From: Jimgerdemannia flammicorona
Taxonomy: Eukaryota
Reading direction: 5' to 3'
NCBI GenBank assembly: GCA_003990765.1
Contig: RBNJ01000269.1
Coordinates: 1-34,765 of the forward strand
DNA length: 34,765 bases
In this document: positions 1 to 12,383 of the stretch, in pieces
Position numbering within the stretch: the first letter of the stretch is position 1
Layout of the letters: the number at the start of each line of letters is the position of its first letter
Program-made: the position numbers and the translations under genes
Notes under the pieces: generated by a model
Databases searched by the model: none
What the model was told of the DNA's origin: nothing
Seen by the model: only the letters and a program-made list of their open reading frames with translations

Positions 1-216
1 TTTTTTATCGGCAATGCATAAATGGGGTAACCTGGGCTTCGGATGGCTCGTTTAAAACGGTTCATACCGTATGTACGCAACCCAAAGGAGGGCAACCTGT
101 AATGACTCGCATGTGACTTGGATGGCAGCTTCGTTACTCGGCTGCACGGCGACGATCACTCACTTGATTGCAAACATCGCCGCCTTTTGCACTCGTAACT
201 TCTTCACAACTCAGAA

Positions 217-2469
217 ATGTTGGATGCGGATATCCTCGTAGTGGGAGCCGGTACGCTGTATTTTCTTTTGCAGGTGTGGTTTTGTCTTGCCGGATCGACT
301 AGACTTGCTGACCAAACGTCGCGATAGGTCCCGTTGGGGTGTTCACTGCCATCTTGCTGGTGAAATTTGGATTCAAAATCCGTATTATAGGTATAAAGTC
401 AAAATCGCGATCTCTTGTTGCCGCTTAGCGAAACCCTCTCAAACTCTTACGATTGTGAAAATCTCCGGCTCCAGATCAATATCCCGAGCCCATCGGGAAC
501 GGAAGCCAAGCTTGCTGTGTGAATTCGCGCACGCTCGAATTCCTCCACAGCATCGACCCGGCTCTCGCGCAGGAAGTCCTGCTCGCCGCCACCACGTTCA
601 CGCATACCTACTGGTACCGGAATGGCGCGCTGATTATGCAGAAGATACCCATCCAATCGGATAGCCGGTTTACGCACACAACCCACCTCCAGCAGAGCCG
701 GTACATGGAAATCCTTACCGCGCATCTGGCGTGCCAGGGTGTGCACATTGAGCGCTCCACACGCCTCGTCGACTTTGAGGGCCGGTTCGAAGGCGACGGT
801 GTGTCGGCCATGATTGAGGACCTGGAAACCAGCGCCACGAGCACGGTCGAGATCGCGTACTTGATCGGCGCAGACGGTATCAAGTCTGTCACGAGGATGC
901 GACTGGGGATCTCGATTAAAGATATCTGCCCCACAATGTCCTGGCATATGATGGATGCTATTATCGGCCATTCGACCCTGCCGACGATAGGAGAACGCAA
1001 GTAAGTGAGATCTTATTTGTATCGATCTCCTGTGTCTATGTCATCGCACCAGTTCTCATTTCTCTTCCACAGCCGCATTGAAAACAAATACGGCACGGTG
1101 CACTCTGTGGCTATCGGTGGTGGTTTTCATCGCTTTTCTCTACATATATGCTCGGATATTACCGGAGACCTCGGCCAAGAAGAAATGATAGAACGAATCA
1201 AGCTCATTGTATTACCATTTGAGATCGAATTCAAAACAGTGGATCGGTTTTTTAGATATAATTGTAAGTAATTCACGTACTTATGATCGACTCGCCACAG
1301 TAGTTTATGGTATCTTGTTGATAACGAATTATTTACAACAATAGTGAACCACTTCGTCGCCGAAGAGTTTTCTCAAGATCGGGTCTTCCTTGTAGGTAAG
1401 CATTAATAATGTTGTGCGATGCGGTCTGCAAACAGTTCACACGTTATTAGCGAACTAACGTGAATAATAAATAGGGGATGCCGCACATAATTTCTCGCCC
1501 ATATGCGGGCTTTCCTTGAACACCGGCTTAGCCGACAGGTCAGTAGGTTCTCTGTGTTTTGCGGTATCAACCTCAGAATAATTGTCGCTTGACATGTCTA
1601 ACTGCACCTTTAGCTGGAATCTCGTTTGGAAACTTGACTTGACATCCCGCGGAGTAATGAAGCCAACTGTGCTGGAAACGTATCATGAAGAGCGCTACAC
1701 CGTTGCGGAAAGAATGGCAGAGTTATCGGTCAAACTACACACGCTAGACAATTCGGGTTCTGTTATGACCGGAGTAGAGAGTCAGAAGGAGTTGCATTAC
1801 ATGTGGGATAGGAACGATGGGTTTTTAACAGGTAAGCAGAAATTTCCTTCATTCGTTAAACGCACTTGGGAACGATGGAAATGATTTTAATCATGCCTTT
1901 ACGTTATGTCAGGCATCGGAGTCGAGTACCATATAAGCTCCTTAAACCTGTACGCTAGCGATGATATCGATCTGCGCGTCCGCCCCGGCATGCGCTCCCC
2001 CGATGGCCGTATAACCCCGTCCATGATCACGGACAATGTCACGCCCATACGGCTCCTGGACTTGTTCACGGTAGTGTCGATATTCCACATCCTCGTCTTC
2101 GTGGGCGACCCATCACACAACAACGACTATCTCGAGAAGTTGGCGGACTTATTAACCTTGCAGAGGCTGTACTCGGGCACCCCGAATCGCCGCATGTTTG
2201 CCGAACACAGGGAATGGTACGAACTCATCATCATCGTTCCTGCGAACGTGTCCCAGCCGTCGTGCACGTCCATCGTGGAGGCAGCCGGCGGTATTTACTA
2301 TACCGACGATGTGACAGAGGACGAAGGGTTGTATGCGAGGTACGGGGTTGATCTGCAGGAAGGCGCCATCGTGATTGTGAGGCCGGATGGGATCGTTGGG
2401 AATCGTATTATATTGTCGACATGGATGAGCAAAGATCCTTATTATCTCGCAGAGTTTTTAAATGTGTGA
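217..2469 (+). CDS. FAD-dependent monooxygenase (phenol hydroxylase/PheA-TfdB-like, FAD_binding_3 plus C-terminal thioredoxin-like domain), 8 exons, 567 aa
   Basis: Exons 217-250, 328-390, 475-1000, 1073-1263, 1345-1395, 1475-1538, 1614-1831, 1913-2469 are joined by seven GT..AG introns and splice in frame (1704 nt). Motifs: DILVVGAGPVG (GxGxxG), YLIGADGIKS (DG motif), RVFLVGDAAH..P..G..LNTGLAD.WNL.WKL (GD motif), C-terminal IVIVRPDG. Confidence 0.93.
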
Positions 2470-3290
2470 TATTGCTCTTGTGCGCTTTTAGATTTCGATT
2501 GTGTTTATATATATATATTATAAATGATAGATTTCCAATATTACATGAATTGTTTGCAGCAAACTTTCATATTCTGTGCCGAATCAATTCCAACAACCAT
2601 TGCGAATGACCATGAGCTGTAAAGATGACCCTTGCAATCGAGGCGGCAGCCAAGCGAAAAAATTCATACGCCTTCTAGTTTTCGGGTGTGCGGGATGTTC
2701 TATCCCTGTAGGCTGTAGGGCACCCTGCGCCCTAAACGAACCCGGTGGTCACATGAAGCGGTGATCGATGTGGGATCTCAATGTGAGACGCGTGCATGTT
2801 CCGAGTGGTGATCGGTAGTCCGAAGCAAGATCGGGTCATGGAACGCTAGAGGCCCTCCTCCCTGGTATTCTGTGCGTGATGCCATCGCATTGCGAGGCGT
2901 GTGATCGGTTATGGGTACTTAGGTGGCCAAGACCAATTTTTGCGAACGAACTTTAGTACTAAAGTTGATCAAAAGTAGGGTGACAAGCAAATACTATAGT
3001 ATAGCCAGATGACATACAAAGAACACTTAGCATAGTTACCTCACATAGTTACCACATGCACCACCAATTTGTATAAATAACCAGATGTATATATATACCA
3101 AATTGGATATATTGATCTCATTCCAAGTGGAACACTCAAGTAGAACACTCAGTAGAACACCTGTTCTACAGGAAATATCTGGGAACAAGTGGTCACACCT
3201 TTTCTGAATTAGCCTTACTGCACATTCTATAATTATCCAGATAGTAACCAGATAGCAATCACACTTATATAAAATATCTCAGAGATTTAA

Positions 3291-4465
3291 ATGAATAAAC
3301 CTCAGTCTGAAAAGTCAAAGAATAGCAAAAGTCAATTGTCTAGTATACTTAAGGGAAACATCTGCCAAAAGTCACTTGATCTAGAAATGATAGAGATTGT
3401 CTACTAATAAGCCACTATTAAGAAATTTGAGCTTTATTCTCTTTTCTACTCTAGTCTACTTTCTGATATAAAGAAGTCTACTAATTTTGGTCTACTTATC
3501 AGATTAAGTCTGAAGAACTTTAAGATATCTGTTATATTGAGAAATCTACCAAACTGTCATATTATATCAAATCTGTACCTAATAAGGAAATTGCTGAGAT
3601 TATCTATATTTTAAGAGAACTTGTATTCTCAAAAATCTACTGAATATTTTATTACTTTTTAACAAAATAACTAAGAGCTCAAGTCAAACTATATAACTAT
3701 TCTAACTTTGTAATTTATCTTTATTAAGTTGGTATATTATATTTAGAGACTCAACTAGAAAGATTTTTGAAATTTATATAACTTTTCAGCTTATAAGAAC
3801 TCAATAGTCAAATCAGATATATTTGATATAGTACTAATCTCTATTACTATAGAAGAAATAATCATTGCAAGACTTACCAACTATCTGTTATCAGAAGATT
3901 CCAACTAAAAGTTAGTACAGTACAGAACTCTTTACTATTATTAGCAATTATATGTAGCTTATAAATATATCAGAAGCACTAGTAAATTTATCATCAAGAG
4001 ATCTGACCTAGCTAAATCAATTAGATAATATAGATAACATTATCTAAACTTTTGATAAACTTGTATAAGAACTTGGAGACCATATTGTTCAATTCTGATT
4101 TTTCTTAAAAGTTTTATCTATTTTATCTCTATCTAAACTAGCAGACTCTCTAAGCCTAGCACCTTCAAGAATATCAAGAAGTATATCAGTATTTTAAAGA
4201 CTAAGTACATATTCTTTAACTCTCAGTAGCTCAACTAGACTTAGTATATATATTTATAGGAATAATAATTAAAATAGATTTAAAAACTGAGAAAGAATTA
4301 GAAGATAGTAAAAATAAAATAATAGCACTATTATCTATATTTACAAGATATCTAAAAGAAGATCCAAGAGAGTTCTTAGATACTCTTGAAGAAATCACAG
4401 CCCTGAAAGCTCTTGCTCTCAAAAGACAAATTGTTATCTTTAAGATATAGCTAAGAGAATTAGTC
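3291..4465 (+). pseudogene. Degenerate ORF relic, 3' part resembling Ty3/Gypsy Gag capsid N-terminus
   Basis: ATG at 3291 followed by many stops. Region ~4330-4465 reads LSIFTRYLKEDPREFLDTLEEITALKALALKRQIVIFKI*LRELV, reminiscent of the Gag pattern F.G...EDP.EFL...E.......W.........L.G.A. Cut off by LINE copy A. Confidence 0.4.
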
Positions 4466-4467
4466 AA

Positions 4468-7400
4468 TATATCTTTCTCCAGTAATATTTAGATTATACA
4501 AACTTCTGGCAATACTCAAGACTTTATTTTTGGAGAAAAGATACTAGCAATATAGCAACCAATGAGTATTCTGAGATATATATAGGGCAGAGTGGCTCTA
4601 GTGTATTTGACTAGTAGTATATAGAGAGGAGTCATGGCTTAGGGGAAAGTATGAGGAGCTTACTGGCTAGAAGATGTAGAAGAGAAGAAGGCAGTACTGA
4701 GAGACAGAATAGAGAGAATGAGCTTTGTAGACAAGGTGAAGGGAGGTCAACTGATGATGATAACTAGACTGGAGAGCTAACTGAGGAAGAGCAAAGAGAT
4801 AGTGAGAGCTATAGATTCTGGGAGAGTAGCCCATAGCAGTAAGAGCAGCAGGACTAGAGGAGTAGTGGCTGAGAGGAGTGGGACTGCTGATGGCAAGAGG
4901 ACTGTTAATCTAGAAAAAAATCTATATATAATAGTTGATGGTAGATCTGAACAGAGGGTGGGCAAGAGGTCTAAGGACCTGGTAGATAGTGTGATAGGAC
5001 TGGTGGCAGTACTATTACTCAAGAAATTGAGGTTAGAATTTACCATCACAATATATTTCTGGGGCTTGGCAATAATGGCAAAAATAATTCTGGAGCTTCT
5101 GGCCCAAGAGGTGAAGGGGGCTACTTTAGTGAAGTTTTTGAAGAGACTAGAAAGAGTGGAGGTCAGCTTTGAGAAGGAGGAGGTGCTGTTGGAGACAATA
5201 GAGAAAGGAGTAATAGTGGGGGGGGGGTAGTGATCTCTATGGCCCAGTATTTGCACTGAGATCTCCAAGTGATATAGCTGACAGTACTGGATGTACCTAT
5301 GGTATCAAAGAAAATGGCCAGAGAGTTAATTATGGAGGCCATCAAGGAGTATAGAGATATCATAGATATTGGATTTAGGATCTGAGAAGGTACAGAATTC
5401 AGGACCAGAGATGTAGATATCAGAGTGAGGCTAATAGATAAGGAGAATATGAGGAAGACAAGAAACTGATCAGCAGTTCTTAAGTGGGAATCTGTAGAGT
5501 ACAAGGTCTCACAAGTAAAAGAGATGCTAGAAGAAGAAGAGAACTTGCTAGAGATACATATTAGAGAATCTGGCTAGAGAGAAGGAGATTGACCTGGAAG
5601 AAGTATGAGATCAAGATAGTTGTAGAAATTGTCAATAGCAAGAAGGTGCAGCTGGATCAGACAGCCTGAGAGAGAGTATAGGAGAGATATATCCAGAAGG
5701 AGCTGTTGGCTAAGTTGGAAGGGGGGGCAGCTAAGGAAACCACCACTGAAGTGGCTGGATTGAAGGTGAGTACCTGGGTAGGAGAGAAGGGAGTGGAACT
5801 GAAGGGAACTCTAGGAGTGGAGAGGATACTAGGTGGAGTATCATGGTGGAGAATACAGAGATAGTAGAAAGAGAGAACCCTCAGTATGAGGTATCAGATA
5901 GGGCTGGAGGTGATGATAAATTGTAAGATATGCTGGAGGAGGATTGGAATGAGTCAGTAAGGAGAAAAACAGAGGAGAGACAGGTGGAAGGAGTATTAGA
6001 AGTGGTCCAGAGAGTGACAGAGGCTAAGACTAAGAAGAAATAGCTATAGAAGATACTGGAGAATATGGCAGCTGAGGAGCTGGAGGGAGAGGACTTCTAG
6101 ATACTAAGTAAGAGATACTGGAGTAAAATCTTATAAGTGAGAAGGTGCTACAAAAACTCCAGAATGAGATAATGGCAGTATTATTAGAGGCCAAGATATA
6201 TCAGATTGATGGTGCTAGGGAGACAGTGCTTCTGGCAATTGCAAATGATAGGACTGATTATATATAAGGCCTGAGAAAAGAGCTGGTAAAGTAGCAGATG
6301 GTGTGCAAGGAGTATTATACAGAGATGGAGGCTGTAGATGGTACAGATTACCAGGAGATACTAGAGACATTGGAGGCTTAACAGAGAGAGGCAGATAAAC
6401 TAGAGGCAGAGAGGAACCTGGAACTATTGGGGATACAGTGAGTATAGAATTATAGAGTGGAGGACTGTACTTCAAATAACATTATTCAGTATAAATAGTA
6501 TAACTAAAATCTTATCTCTAAATGTTAATGGGCTCTGAGGAAGGGTGAGGTGGCAAAATATCTTTAGATGACTGAAAGGGACAGATGTTAATTTGTTTTT
6601 ATTATAAGATATTGGGTATAATGGGAATCTAAATAGTCAGGACTAGACAAAGAAATGGGGTGGTGTAGCTGTTTGGCAAGAATGTATGGGGCATTCTGAT
6701 TAGGAAGGGTAAGAGAGATTTGGACAACATTGGACATTGGGAGAGTAGGGTAAGTGTGGGGTATTTGGAAGAGACTGGGCTAGAGACCTTTGATAGTTGG
6801 GTTGTATTATTGTCTGGCAGAAAGGGGGGAGAGAGGGGAATGGATCTATAGGCTACAAGAGTCTGGAGGCAGGAAATGATTGTTTAGGGAGAGACTTTAA
6901 CATAATACAGGATAGGAAGATTGACTGAACTAATGAGAGTAGAGGGGTGATAGACAGGAGTGGAGATATAGAAGCCTGGAAGGAGGTTAAATTTTTGAGC
7001 TCTTTAGTAGATACTAAAAGGCTTAGATGGAGGAATCATAAGGTCTTTACTCACTGGATAGCAGGGCTTGACTTGAGGATTGACTAGATATTGACTGCTT
7101 ATTGCTGGGAAGTTGATATCAGGAGGTCTTTAGAGGCTGTTTGGTATTCATGGTCAGATTACTAGGGTCTTTTAGAAGAGGGATATTTTGGGAGAGATAG
7201 GGAGAGATCTAGATATTGATGACTGAATACTTCTTTGCTAAGAAAGGTCTCTCTATAGGAGGCATGGGTGATAGACATTAGCTCTAGAATTCTTGACTGG
7301 AGAGTAGCAGGACTGTGATTGGGGATTAATGGGTACAATTGAAGTCTGAGGTACAATGGTACTAGAGGGAGGCAGAAAGGATATAGAGTACTCAAAGGAG

Positions 7401-9805
7401 GAAGTAAATAAGGTGGGTCTTCCAAAGGTTGGTAAGGTTGTTGGTGTCTTGGACAGATCTAACAAATAAAGAAGTGGAGAGAGATTGGCACATACAGTGG
7501 GCCAGGCTGGAGGTAGAGGAGCTGAAGGGTATTCTGTAGTAGAAGGAGAATCTATAGGTTAAGAGCATAGTGATCAGATTGCAGTAGTAGAGATTGGAGG
7601 AGGGAGAATGGCCAATCAAGTTTTTGTTGCAGCTATTGCAGGCAAGGAGAGTCTGATAGTAGTGGGAGGGAGTATTAGATAAGACTGAGGAGTTGGTAGT
7701 TGGGATATCAGAGATTTTAGACTAGCTGAGTAGGTGGTGAGAATACTTATAGAGTGAGAAGAATAGAGGGGAGGGGGTGTTAAACATTGACAGATACTTG
7801 GAGAAATAGTACTCTGATCCAATAGCAGGTTTAGGGGATCTTGGTGCTGCTGTTTAAGGAGAGAAGATTTGGTAGGTTCTGCTAATGATGAGCTCTGGGA
7901 CTATGTCAGAGAAGGATAGCTTATAGTAGAATTTCTGAAAAAGAATGACAGAAGTTGAGTTGGCCCTAGAGGAAATGATGACAATATGTGATAAAGTAAT
8001 AAGCTCTAGGGTATAGATTAGAGGACAGAGCTTAGGTTTTGTAGCTCTGCTATTTAAGAATAAGGAGAGGAGAGAGGAGTGGAAGAACTGGAGACTGATT
8101 ATACTTCTGGATATAGATTGCAAACTGGTCATGAAGGTCTGGTAGCTAGGCTGCAGAGAGTAGCCCAATAAGTCCTGGGGGCTAAGCAGAGAGAATTTGT
8201 AGGAAGATATCTGATCAGAGATAAGATAGCATGAGTGTATGATATCATTAAAGATACTCACTCTGCTAGAATAGATGGATGACTAGTCTTTCTGGACCAG
8301 AAGAAGGCCTATGATAGAGTCTGATAAGTATGGTTAAAGAGAGTGCTAAAGTGTATTGAGATCTCTTATGAGGTCTAATGGGCCTTAGTCAGTTTGCTAA
8401 AAGAGAGTCAAGTAGCAATTATAGTAAATGAGTATAGAGAGATCTCTTTCTCTCTGAGCAGAGGAGTGCTGCAAGGGGATCCATTATTACTGATTTTGTA
8501 TATGCTATCCCTGGAGTTACTTTTGGATAGAATATAGTAAAAGGTAGAAGAATTGGACATTCTAGAGGTTAATTAGAAGGTGGGGGCCTTTGCTAATAAT
8601 ATAGTAATTGAGCTGGAGTCAACTGTAGATATTGTAGTACTGAAAGATGCTGTAGAATGGTATGAAGAGTGCTCAGATACCAAACTCAACTGGCACAAGT
8701 ATGAGACTTTAGTGCTAGGAGGAGAGATAGTAGGTAGAGACATGATTAGAACAATTGTTCTAGTGAGAGAGGCTGTTTGATATCTGGGGATCTACTTTTC
8801 AATGTATGACTCCTTGCTACCATATAAGTGGTGGGAGCAGAGGTTAGTAGAGTGGGGAAGTACTCTTTTAGAGTGAGGTGGTTGCTATATTTCTCTAATA
8901 GGAAGGGTAATAGTATTGAATATCTACTGGCTGCCTAAGCTATAATATCTAGGATACTATTTGGACTTTCTAGTATAGGTGATCAAGTAACTACTAAAGA
9001 TGGCCAGAACCTGGATATGGGCAGAGTGGCAGAGTCAGATTGGTTGCGAGATGTTGACCTGACCAGTAGACTAGTGAAGACTGGGTCTGGTGAATTTTCC
9101 CAAGTATCTTCACTGTTTGAGAGTATGATGGTTGAAGCAAGTAAGTGAGTTAGAGGCAAGAAGTAGATTCCACTTATACAGAGGATGTAGGAGGCCTGAT
9201 TCTCTCCTGGGGTAGAACTGGGAATCTTCTCTCTCTGGTAGCTTTGGAGGAGAGTTAGAGGATATAGTATAGGGGATTTTGGTGGGGGGTGGCTGATGGA
9301 GAGTAGCTGATGGGGTGCACCATATTGGTCTCTATTAGAGGGGTGATGAAGGAGAGGAGGAATAGGAACTCTGGATATAGAGGTAGGATTACCTTCTATT
9401 GGGCAAAGCATCAGTAGATAATTTCTGCTTGAAGAATAATATAAAGTACCTTTGGGAGCATGGGAGAGATCTGTGGCCCAAGATATAGCAGAGAGTGGGA
9501 ATTGGCAAGGAGTAGAAGTAGAACAGTATTTGGTAGTGGAGCAAGCAGATAGCTAGATAGATCTCCAGTGGTATGGTAGAGAGTATTATAGCATAATATT
9601 ATATTGAACTATAGGATGAGCTACTTGGTGGTAGGGGGTACCTAGGAGTATAAAGAGTATCTGAATATTAGACAGAAGAGAGGAGTGATATAGATCCCTG
9701 AACATTAGCTGGGAAAGTGTGAGATGATGAGAACTTTTGAAGAGAGATTGAGGTATAGCTGAGAGTATAATCACTAGAGTTAGCAGTAGGAGAAAGGTAA
9801 GATGG
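4468..9805 (+). mobile_element. L1/Tx1-like non-LTR retrotransposon, copy A (intact 5' end, ORF1 and ORF2 relics, 3' end missing)
   Basis: 5' end atctttctccagtaatattt matches copy E at 22966. ORF1 relic ~4630-6480 is colinear with 23130-24975. ORF2 carries endonuclease and RT motifs. No poly(A) tail; right boundary approximate. Confidence 0.9.
6491..9805 (+). pseudogene. LINE ORF2 relic: APE endonuclease, reverse transcriptase, C-terminal Cys/His motif
   Basis: ATA at 6491 (ATG at 19784 in copy D) then NSITKILSLNVNGL; GDFN ~6890; RID.IL; WKNWRLIILLDIDCKL ~8080; FLDQKKAYDRV ~8290; GVLQGDPL ~8463; AFANN at the (Y/F)ADD site, intact AFADD at 17738-17752 in copy C; YLG ~8781. Many TAG/TGA/TAA stops. 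Confidence 0.9.
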
Positions 9806-11172
9806 CTGTCTGATGTCTCAAGGCCAGATCTTATTGGTATTCTCCCAGACCTCAAATATACCATTCTTATATAGATCTTTGCTTAATACTCTTCCAGTCT
9901 CTTTCAGGCTCTTCTCTATATTCCCTCTACTTTCACTAGCCCAGACACTCATCTTGGCTCCCCCAGTATCCTCAGTTCTATTAGCAAACTTCTTCATCTT
10001 CTCTTCTAGAGCTGCCAGTAACTCCTTCTGCCTCTTGTGTCTCTGGGAAGCCCCTTATCAATTTGAATATACTTCCTATCTACTATCTCCAAATGTGTTG
10101 ACACTACATATACCTTCCAAGTCTTTGCCCTCTACTCTACAGCTCTACTTAGCTCCTCCAGTACTTCTAACAAATTTTCCTCCTCCTCCTTCTCACTTCA
10201 TCACCTTATATATAATGGTCCTCTACACTATTACTAAAGACTAATCCCAAATCTTCCCAGTAGTCTCTCTCTCAGCCAACTGAATCCTAACATCAACATT
10301 CTCTGTCCTGAATGAGATCTCTTCTCAGATCTAAAGCCCAACATCAACTATCTCTATACTTAGCTATAACTTCCTCAACTCTTCTCTTTATTTCCACAGT
10401 TATCACTATAGAAACTTTCTTTACTAGAAGTTGTACCACCTTGGGGTCCCACCTCAGACAGTATACCATCAGGATATGTATATATCTTTTCAATGATCAG
10501 TCTAATCTTCAGTATAGTCTCCAATAGTTCAGTCTTCTCAAAGCTCACCTTCACTTTATCTAATCTCCTCAGAAACTTCATAGATACCATCTCAGTCATC
10601 TGCTTAATGATCAGCCTCAAGACCATTTTTATCATCACTACCAAGCCCCAGAAGTACAAAGTAATTATAAACTCTGAAATCAACTTTTTGAGTAATGGGA
10701 TCACTGCTAGGCCTATTACTATCTATTAAGTCTCTCATCCTTCTGGACTCTATCTTCTCAGCCCCACTATCAGCAGTCACATCTAGATTTTTTTCTAGAT
10801 CACCAGTCACCCCCCCATTAGTAGTTATACCCCCAGTCACTATATCTCTAGCTCTTCTACTTAATATCTCTAAGAGAGCCCCTTCTGTCCTCTCAGTAGC
10901 AACCATTCTCTTACCACCCTACAGCTATTCATTTAGTTCTACCACTAAATCTCTCTGCTTGATCTTCTCAGCAAAACTCATCTGATTCTCCCCTGGCCTC
11001 ACCATACCCCCACCTCTACTATTACTGACCCTTCTCCCATCTGACAAAGTGCTTGGTATCCCCAACCTAGCTCTCTGACCCTTCCCCATATACTGCTAGC
11101 TAAACACACCAGGGCTACCCTGCTCAATATACTCTCTAGAACTCTGATTCATGGACATGTTCTTAAGATGTT
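9806..11172 (-). mobile_element. LINE copy B, 5' ~1.4 kb only (5'UTR plus part of ORF1), inverted, diverged subfamily
   Basis: Minus-strand ORF LLKKLISEFIITLYFWGLVVMIKMVLRL matches copy A LLKKLRLEFTITIYFWGLAIMAKIILEL. The 5' end begins aacatctt as in copy E and shares the gcagggt(a/g)gc.ct.gtgt.ttt..ctagcagtat block. Confidence 0.85.
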
Positions 11173-11557
11173 TCTCTAAAGAATAGTATAAAAGTAGGTA
11201 ATATATATTTATATAACATGAGATATATTAGAAAGAGTTACTGTAGTATTTATGATATAACTTCTTATCTAATACTAAACTAGATCCGCTATCTACATAA
11301 GGAGTAAGTAAATGAGATTTAACTCAAATACAAAAAGATGAGATATATTTACTATGTAAAATATATCTGACCACCTAAGCTACTCTATTAAAAGTTATCT
11401 GTCAACTTGAGTAGATATTAGAGGATGAGTTTCTTTACTAACCAACTTAATATATTACTGAACATATGTATGCTACTGGACAGATATTTGATATCTACTT
11501 AAGCACTTCTCATGCTCAACTATGAAAATTGGCCATGGTCACATAAGTATTTCAAAC

Positions 11558-11614
11558 TTTATTTTTATTTTATTTTTATTTAATTTTAATTTTTATTTTA
11601 TTTTATTTTATTTT
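11558..11614. repeat. AT-rich (TTTTA/TTTTTA)n simple repeat
   Basis: Directly visible imperfect tandem run just outside the right inverted repeat. Confidence 0.8.
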
Positions 11615-12337
11615 CAAATAGTACACAAAAAAAGAAAATGAAAATAATGGTTTTATTCACCAAAGGGTTCGCAATCCATCTCGATCCTAGCCTTCACCTA
11701 CAAACTGTAAAGGCGAAGACAGCGCGAGTTCTGAGAAGCTCACAGGGAACAAATGTGACCACAACAGTGAATCTCGTACTTAAGTAAAAACGGAGAATTT
11801 CATGAACAGGAACGCGTAGCTCTCCTTCGTCATCCTCTCGGTTCACCTACTGGCCAGTCATGCATCCATAATGCATTTAGGCTCCATTCCAGTTACTCCA
11901 ACAAATATTTCTATACTGCATCGTAACTTCAGAAAGGTTGACGGATAGGGCTGTGCAAGTGAGTGACGATTGCGGTGGCCGGATCCGCTGTTCCCAACAT
12001 TCCAAAATGATGACTTGCACTTTCTAGCATGTAAGTCAGTAGACAAGGCCGGCTCCCTTGACATCATTGACACAACCATGACATTATTTGAAAACTTCAC
12101 TTAGGGTGTTCTCATTGAATTTCTGGCCACATCGTTACTCAACGAAGTTTAGTGAACCTCGCTGAAGATAAAAAGGCCATTGTCGATGATGGTTAAAGAT
12201 GACTTTGGAGTGTAAAACATCCAGCAGATTGACAGCTTTCTCCTTTTATTATCTTCTTTATTAATTGGTTGCTATCCTTACGCTAATCTCGTTAATTCCC
12301 AAAGTTATTTCCCCGTTTTACATCTACAAAGTGGTAA

Positions 12338-12372
<35 letters not shown>

Positions 12373-12383
12373 ACTTGGAAGAT

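Larger units (their letters stand above)
2918..11547. mobile_element. Putative decayed TIR DNA element enclosing the first repeat block
   Basis: 2916-2940 tacttaggtggccaagaccaatttt matches the reverse complement of 11525-11549 (tacttatgtgaccatggccaatttt) at 21/25, with weaker similarity continuing ~30 bp inward. Both sides are flanked by TA, and the ends coincide with the borders of the CpG-free block. No transposase was recognised. Confidence 0.5.

Noticed and set aside
2981..3170. Possible LTR (TG...CA, TATAAATA, agtagaacac repeats) ahead of the gag-like relic
   Set aside because: No second LTR, convincing PBS or TSD in the window.
4777..10985. Many Ser/Leu/Pro-rich ORFs antisense to LINE copies, including 26382-27038
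   Set aside because: By-products of the strongly purine-biased LINE strand; no independent coding signal.
11858..12215. Short ORFs in the unique DNA downstream of the MDH-like gene
   Set aside because: No recognisable motif or consistent splice structure.
12341..12369. A29 run just past the MDH-like stop as a retrogene poly(A) tail
   Set aside because: The gene is on the minus strand, so the run is poly(T) in sense orientation; no TSD is evident.
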